From a virus: a stretch of DNA of 64,000 nucleotides. Positions 61,634 to 64,000 of this stretch are shown in pieces. Made by a program: the position numbers and the translations under genes. Within the stretch, counting starts at the first letter, position 1; each line of letters opens with the position of its first letter. The notes beneath the pieces are model-generated. The model saw only the letters and a list, made by a program, of their open reading frames with translations, made no database searches and had not been told where the DNA came from. The stretch covers positions 64,001 through 128,000 of the IMG/VR virus record IMGVR_UViG_3300027782_000032, one strand, 5' to 3'.

Positions 61634-62383
61634 TCACCCTTCTTTCTTAAATCTGTCGTTCCATACTTCAAGTTGAGTCTTTTTAGAGCCAAGTGGCGGC
61701 TCGTTATAACCTCGTCTATCAGATGCAGATTCTTTTCCGTTATCGTCTGCGTTTACAGCGACGCCAGCCTTATAGCTTGAAAGTTTAAGGCCTTGATGCC
61801 TTATTAGCTCTCCTAAAAGGACATCTCCTCCGCAATGCTTAAGCATTGGATGAGGCCACTTATACTTGTTTATCACACTTGTCTTAATAATCCACCACCC
61901 TCCTGTAGCAAACTTTGTCATCTCTGGTCTTCCAGGAAGAGGTCCACTTACAAACCAGTCACAGTGGAGACGTCTCCAATCGGTCTGTCCTGGTAATATG
62001 GGTATGTGATATATAGCGCCTGCCATGTCTGATTCGCTATCGTTCATAAACTTCTCAGTAGCTGATAGCCAAGCCAATGGATTAGAGTCTTTTATGAAGC
62101 TATCGTCATCAAACCACATGACGTAGTCAGTGGTAATAGGCTTTGCTTTGAAAAGCCTATCCATCATAGGGTATTTGAATATCTGTGGGTTAAAGCTAAG
62201 GTTGACTAACCTGTCGCTATGAATGAATAGGTCTGAGACTACCTTATTGGTAGCCTCAGACGTCTCGTTTAATCCTATTCTAACTTCGACTCCGCTTTTA
62301 TAAAGCTGGCTTACAGGGCTTAAACACCTTGAAGCCAGCTTAGGGTAGTCTCCGTACATCAGACAGCATACTGTAGTGCTCAA
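61634..62383 (-). CDS. GT2-like glycosyltransferase
   Basis: YVMWFDDDS, GGWW, GGDVLLG. Confidence 0.75.
   Translation of the reverse strand: MSTTVCCLMYGDYPKLASRCLSPVSQLYKSGVEVRIGLNETSEATNKVVSDLFIHSDRLVNLSFNPQIFKYPMMDRLFKAKPITTDYVMWFDDDSFIKDSNPLAWLSATEKFMNDSESDMAGAIYHIPILPGQTDWRRLHCDWFVSGPLPGRPEMTKFATGGWWIIKTSVINKYKWPHPMLKHCGGDVLLGELIRHQGLKLSSYKAGVAVNADDNGKESASDRRGYNEPPLGSKKTQLEVWNDRFKKEG
61965..61978. repeat. Iterated palindrome copy 10 (in CDS, third reading frame: WRRLH)
   Basis: Read directly from the sequence. Confidence 0.95.
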
Positions 62384-62390
62384 TATAACC

Positions 62391-63299
62391 TCAGCTACTT
62401 AGCTTAGAGTCTATAGACGCTGGCCTCCTTGACTTAGTCTTGGATAGCGCTTCAGACTTGTCAGCGTCGGTTAACGCCTTCTTGGCAGTGGCCCTTTCTT
62501 CTATGGCCTTCTTGGTAACAGATGGAAGGTTTTCAGTAAATACTAAAATCCTAGCCAACATGGTACTAAGAGTAGCTACAGTCTCGTGCATCTCCTCTAC
62601 TTTTGATAGAAACTCATCAGGCTTTTCTATCTGGTTTACAACCTCAGTAAAGTCAGCTAGCACGTTCTCAACCTGAGCTTTAATCTTTGCCTGATATCTT
62701 TCAGTACCACTAATAACTTGCTTAATTGTAGAAGACACTTCTGAGCCCCTGTTAGCAACCCTCTTAGCTGTAGTGCCCCCAAACTCAGACTTAATCTCAG
62801 ACATAAGATCCCTAACCGACAACTTACCAGATATAGCCTTATCTATCATCTTTCTTCTATTATCGTGTGGATCCGTTTCTGAAGAGCTTGGAAGATGCAT
62901 AACGCTAGCAAAGTGAGACCAAGTTAAAACAAACCCAGAGTCTTTAGCTCGCTGGACTACCTTGTTAAGCTCTGACTTAGTAGCGTACATAGAGCTGAAA
63001 GTAATCGTCTTATAAACTGTTGACTTATCAACTGAAAGAGCTTTAGATAGCTGCTCTACAGCCTTGTCTCCTAGCTTAGGGTTACCCCTAACTGTTCTAG
63101 CTACACTACCCCTGTCGTAGTTAAAGCTGATCATGTCGTCTCTAAACTCTTGATAAGCCTTCTTTTCCTTCTCGTAAATTTCAAACAGCTCGTCGCTCAT
63201 TGAGTCAGTTATATCTGGCTTGTTAGGCTCACTTGATTTGACATGCTGATTTGCAGCCAACTCAGTATCCTTTTCAATTGCTTCTAATTTGTCTTTCAT
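62391..63299 (-). CDS. Putative DNA-binding helical protein (YhcG/DUF1016 N-terminal-like)
   Basis: GDKAVEQLSKALS...TVYKTITF...LTWSHF...LSVRDL resembles that family's pattern as I recall it. Confidence 0.4.
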   Translation of the reverse strand: MKDKLEAIEKDTELAANQHVKSSEPNKPDITDSMSDELFEIYEKEKKAYQEFRDDMISFNYDRGSVARTVRGNPKLGDKAVEQLSKALSVDKSTVYKTITFSSMYATKSELNKVVQRAKDSGFVLTWSHFASVMHLPSSSETDPHDNRRKMIDKAISGKLSVRDLMSEIKSEFGGTTAKRVANRGSEVSSTIKQVISGTERYQAKIKAQVENVLADFTEVVNQIEKPDEFLSKVEEMHETVATLSTMLARILVFTENLPSVTKKAIEERATAKKALTDADKSEALSKTKSRRPASIDSKLSS

Positions 63300-63326
63300 G
63301 AATCACCTCAGTTGTAAAAGAAAAGA

Positions 63327-63941
63327 CTATTCACCGGAAACACTATCCGGCAAAACCAACCTGTTAAAAAACAAATTCCAAGCTACTCGCTCGTACTTGT
63401 CCGTGTTGGAGAAGTTGAGAGATCTCTGCTCAAAACTCTCCATAGTTATAGAACGCACCAAGTCCATAGCAGATCTACTTGGCCAGTTCTTAGATCTATC
63501 TAGCATGAGGAAATTGTTTGAAGCAGGCTCGTCACCAGTCAGAACCATAGACAGGCATCGCCTAGACATAAAGTAAGTTAGACCACCCCTGTCAGTTAAG
63601 AACTCAACTAATGAACTGAACCTAGCTTCATCCTTCTCTTCACCTGTAAAGCCTAGAAGCCTACCCTGAGCATCTGACTCTTTCTTAGCCAGAGACTCTT
63701 TAGAAAATGTCTTGTTTTCAAGCTTAGATACTACACCAACAATGAGTTGAGATAACTTACCAAGAAGGTCTCTTCCTGAATGAGCTACTCTTCCCATTCT
63801 TCCATAAGAAGACTGCATAGTGGCTCCCTTACTATCAATAAGAACTACAGCCGCTTTTATGGCTGAGTCTCCTATCTCGCTGTTAACAAGCCTTATGCCT
63901 GGTGTAAGCCCTGTCTCATCGTAGCCATCCATAGAGTACAC
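63327..63941 (-). CDS. Hypothetical protein
   Basis: 204-aa ORF, GTG start. Confidence 0.6.
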   Translation of the reverse strand: MYSMDGYDETGLTPGIRLVNSEIGDSAIKAAVVLIDSKGATMQSSYGRMGRVAHSGRDLLGKLSQLIVGVVSKLENKTFSKESLAKKESDAQGRLLGFTGEEKDEARFSSLVEFLTDRGGLTYFMSRRCLSMVLTGDEPASNNFLMLDRSKNWPSRSAMDLVRSITMESFEQRSLNFSNTDKYERVAWNLFFNRLVLPDSVSGE

Positions 63942-64000
63942 TAGGGATACGCGTCTTCCGGACAGCTCAGCAGAGAAGAAAGAAAGGCTTACGCTACAAG

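Noticed and set aside
7475-61978. Palindrome as a cloning artefact (it contains two Esp3I/BsmBI sites and an AatII site)
   Set aside because: Copies sit in frame within intact ORFs in three frames, and degenerate copies exist, which fits natural evolution.
1-64000. tRNA/rRNA genes and stop-codon reassignment
   Set aside because: No cloverleaf or rRNA-like sequence was recognised by eye (tRNAscan-SE would be decisive); TAA, TAG and TGA all end well-formed genes.

Overview
A 64-kb segment of a large tailed-phage-like (jumbo phage) genome, read in the standard code, with nearly all genes on the minus strand and frequent AGGAG ribosome-binding sites and stop/start overlaps. Recognisable genes are a fused beta-beta' multisubunit RNA polymerase (truncated by the left edge), class II ribonucleotide reductase, PhoH, an HNH endonuclease, a RuvC-like resolvase, a DEDDh exonuclease, a probable portal, a C39 peptidase and about 18 glycan synthesis/modification enzymes. 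Four patterns are not explained by these genes. (1) Nine promoter-gene-terminator cassettes, each pairing a 28-bp promoter motif one-to-one with a terminator ending in a conserved TTTTTTAGCTAT(C/T)A tail. (2) A 14-bp palindrome, TGGAGACGTCTCCA, in 10 perfect copies inside and between genes. (3) An array of otherwise dissimilar proteins sharing a C-terminal KLKKKNR-type tail, with a C39 peptidase embedded. (4) An array of otherwise dissimilar proteins sharing an N-terminal MNRLEKAAxFG leader. No tRNA, rRNA or CRISPR array was recognised. All family calls come from motif recognition by eye; no database search was run.
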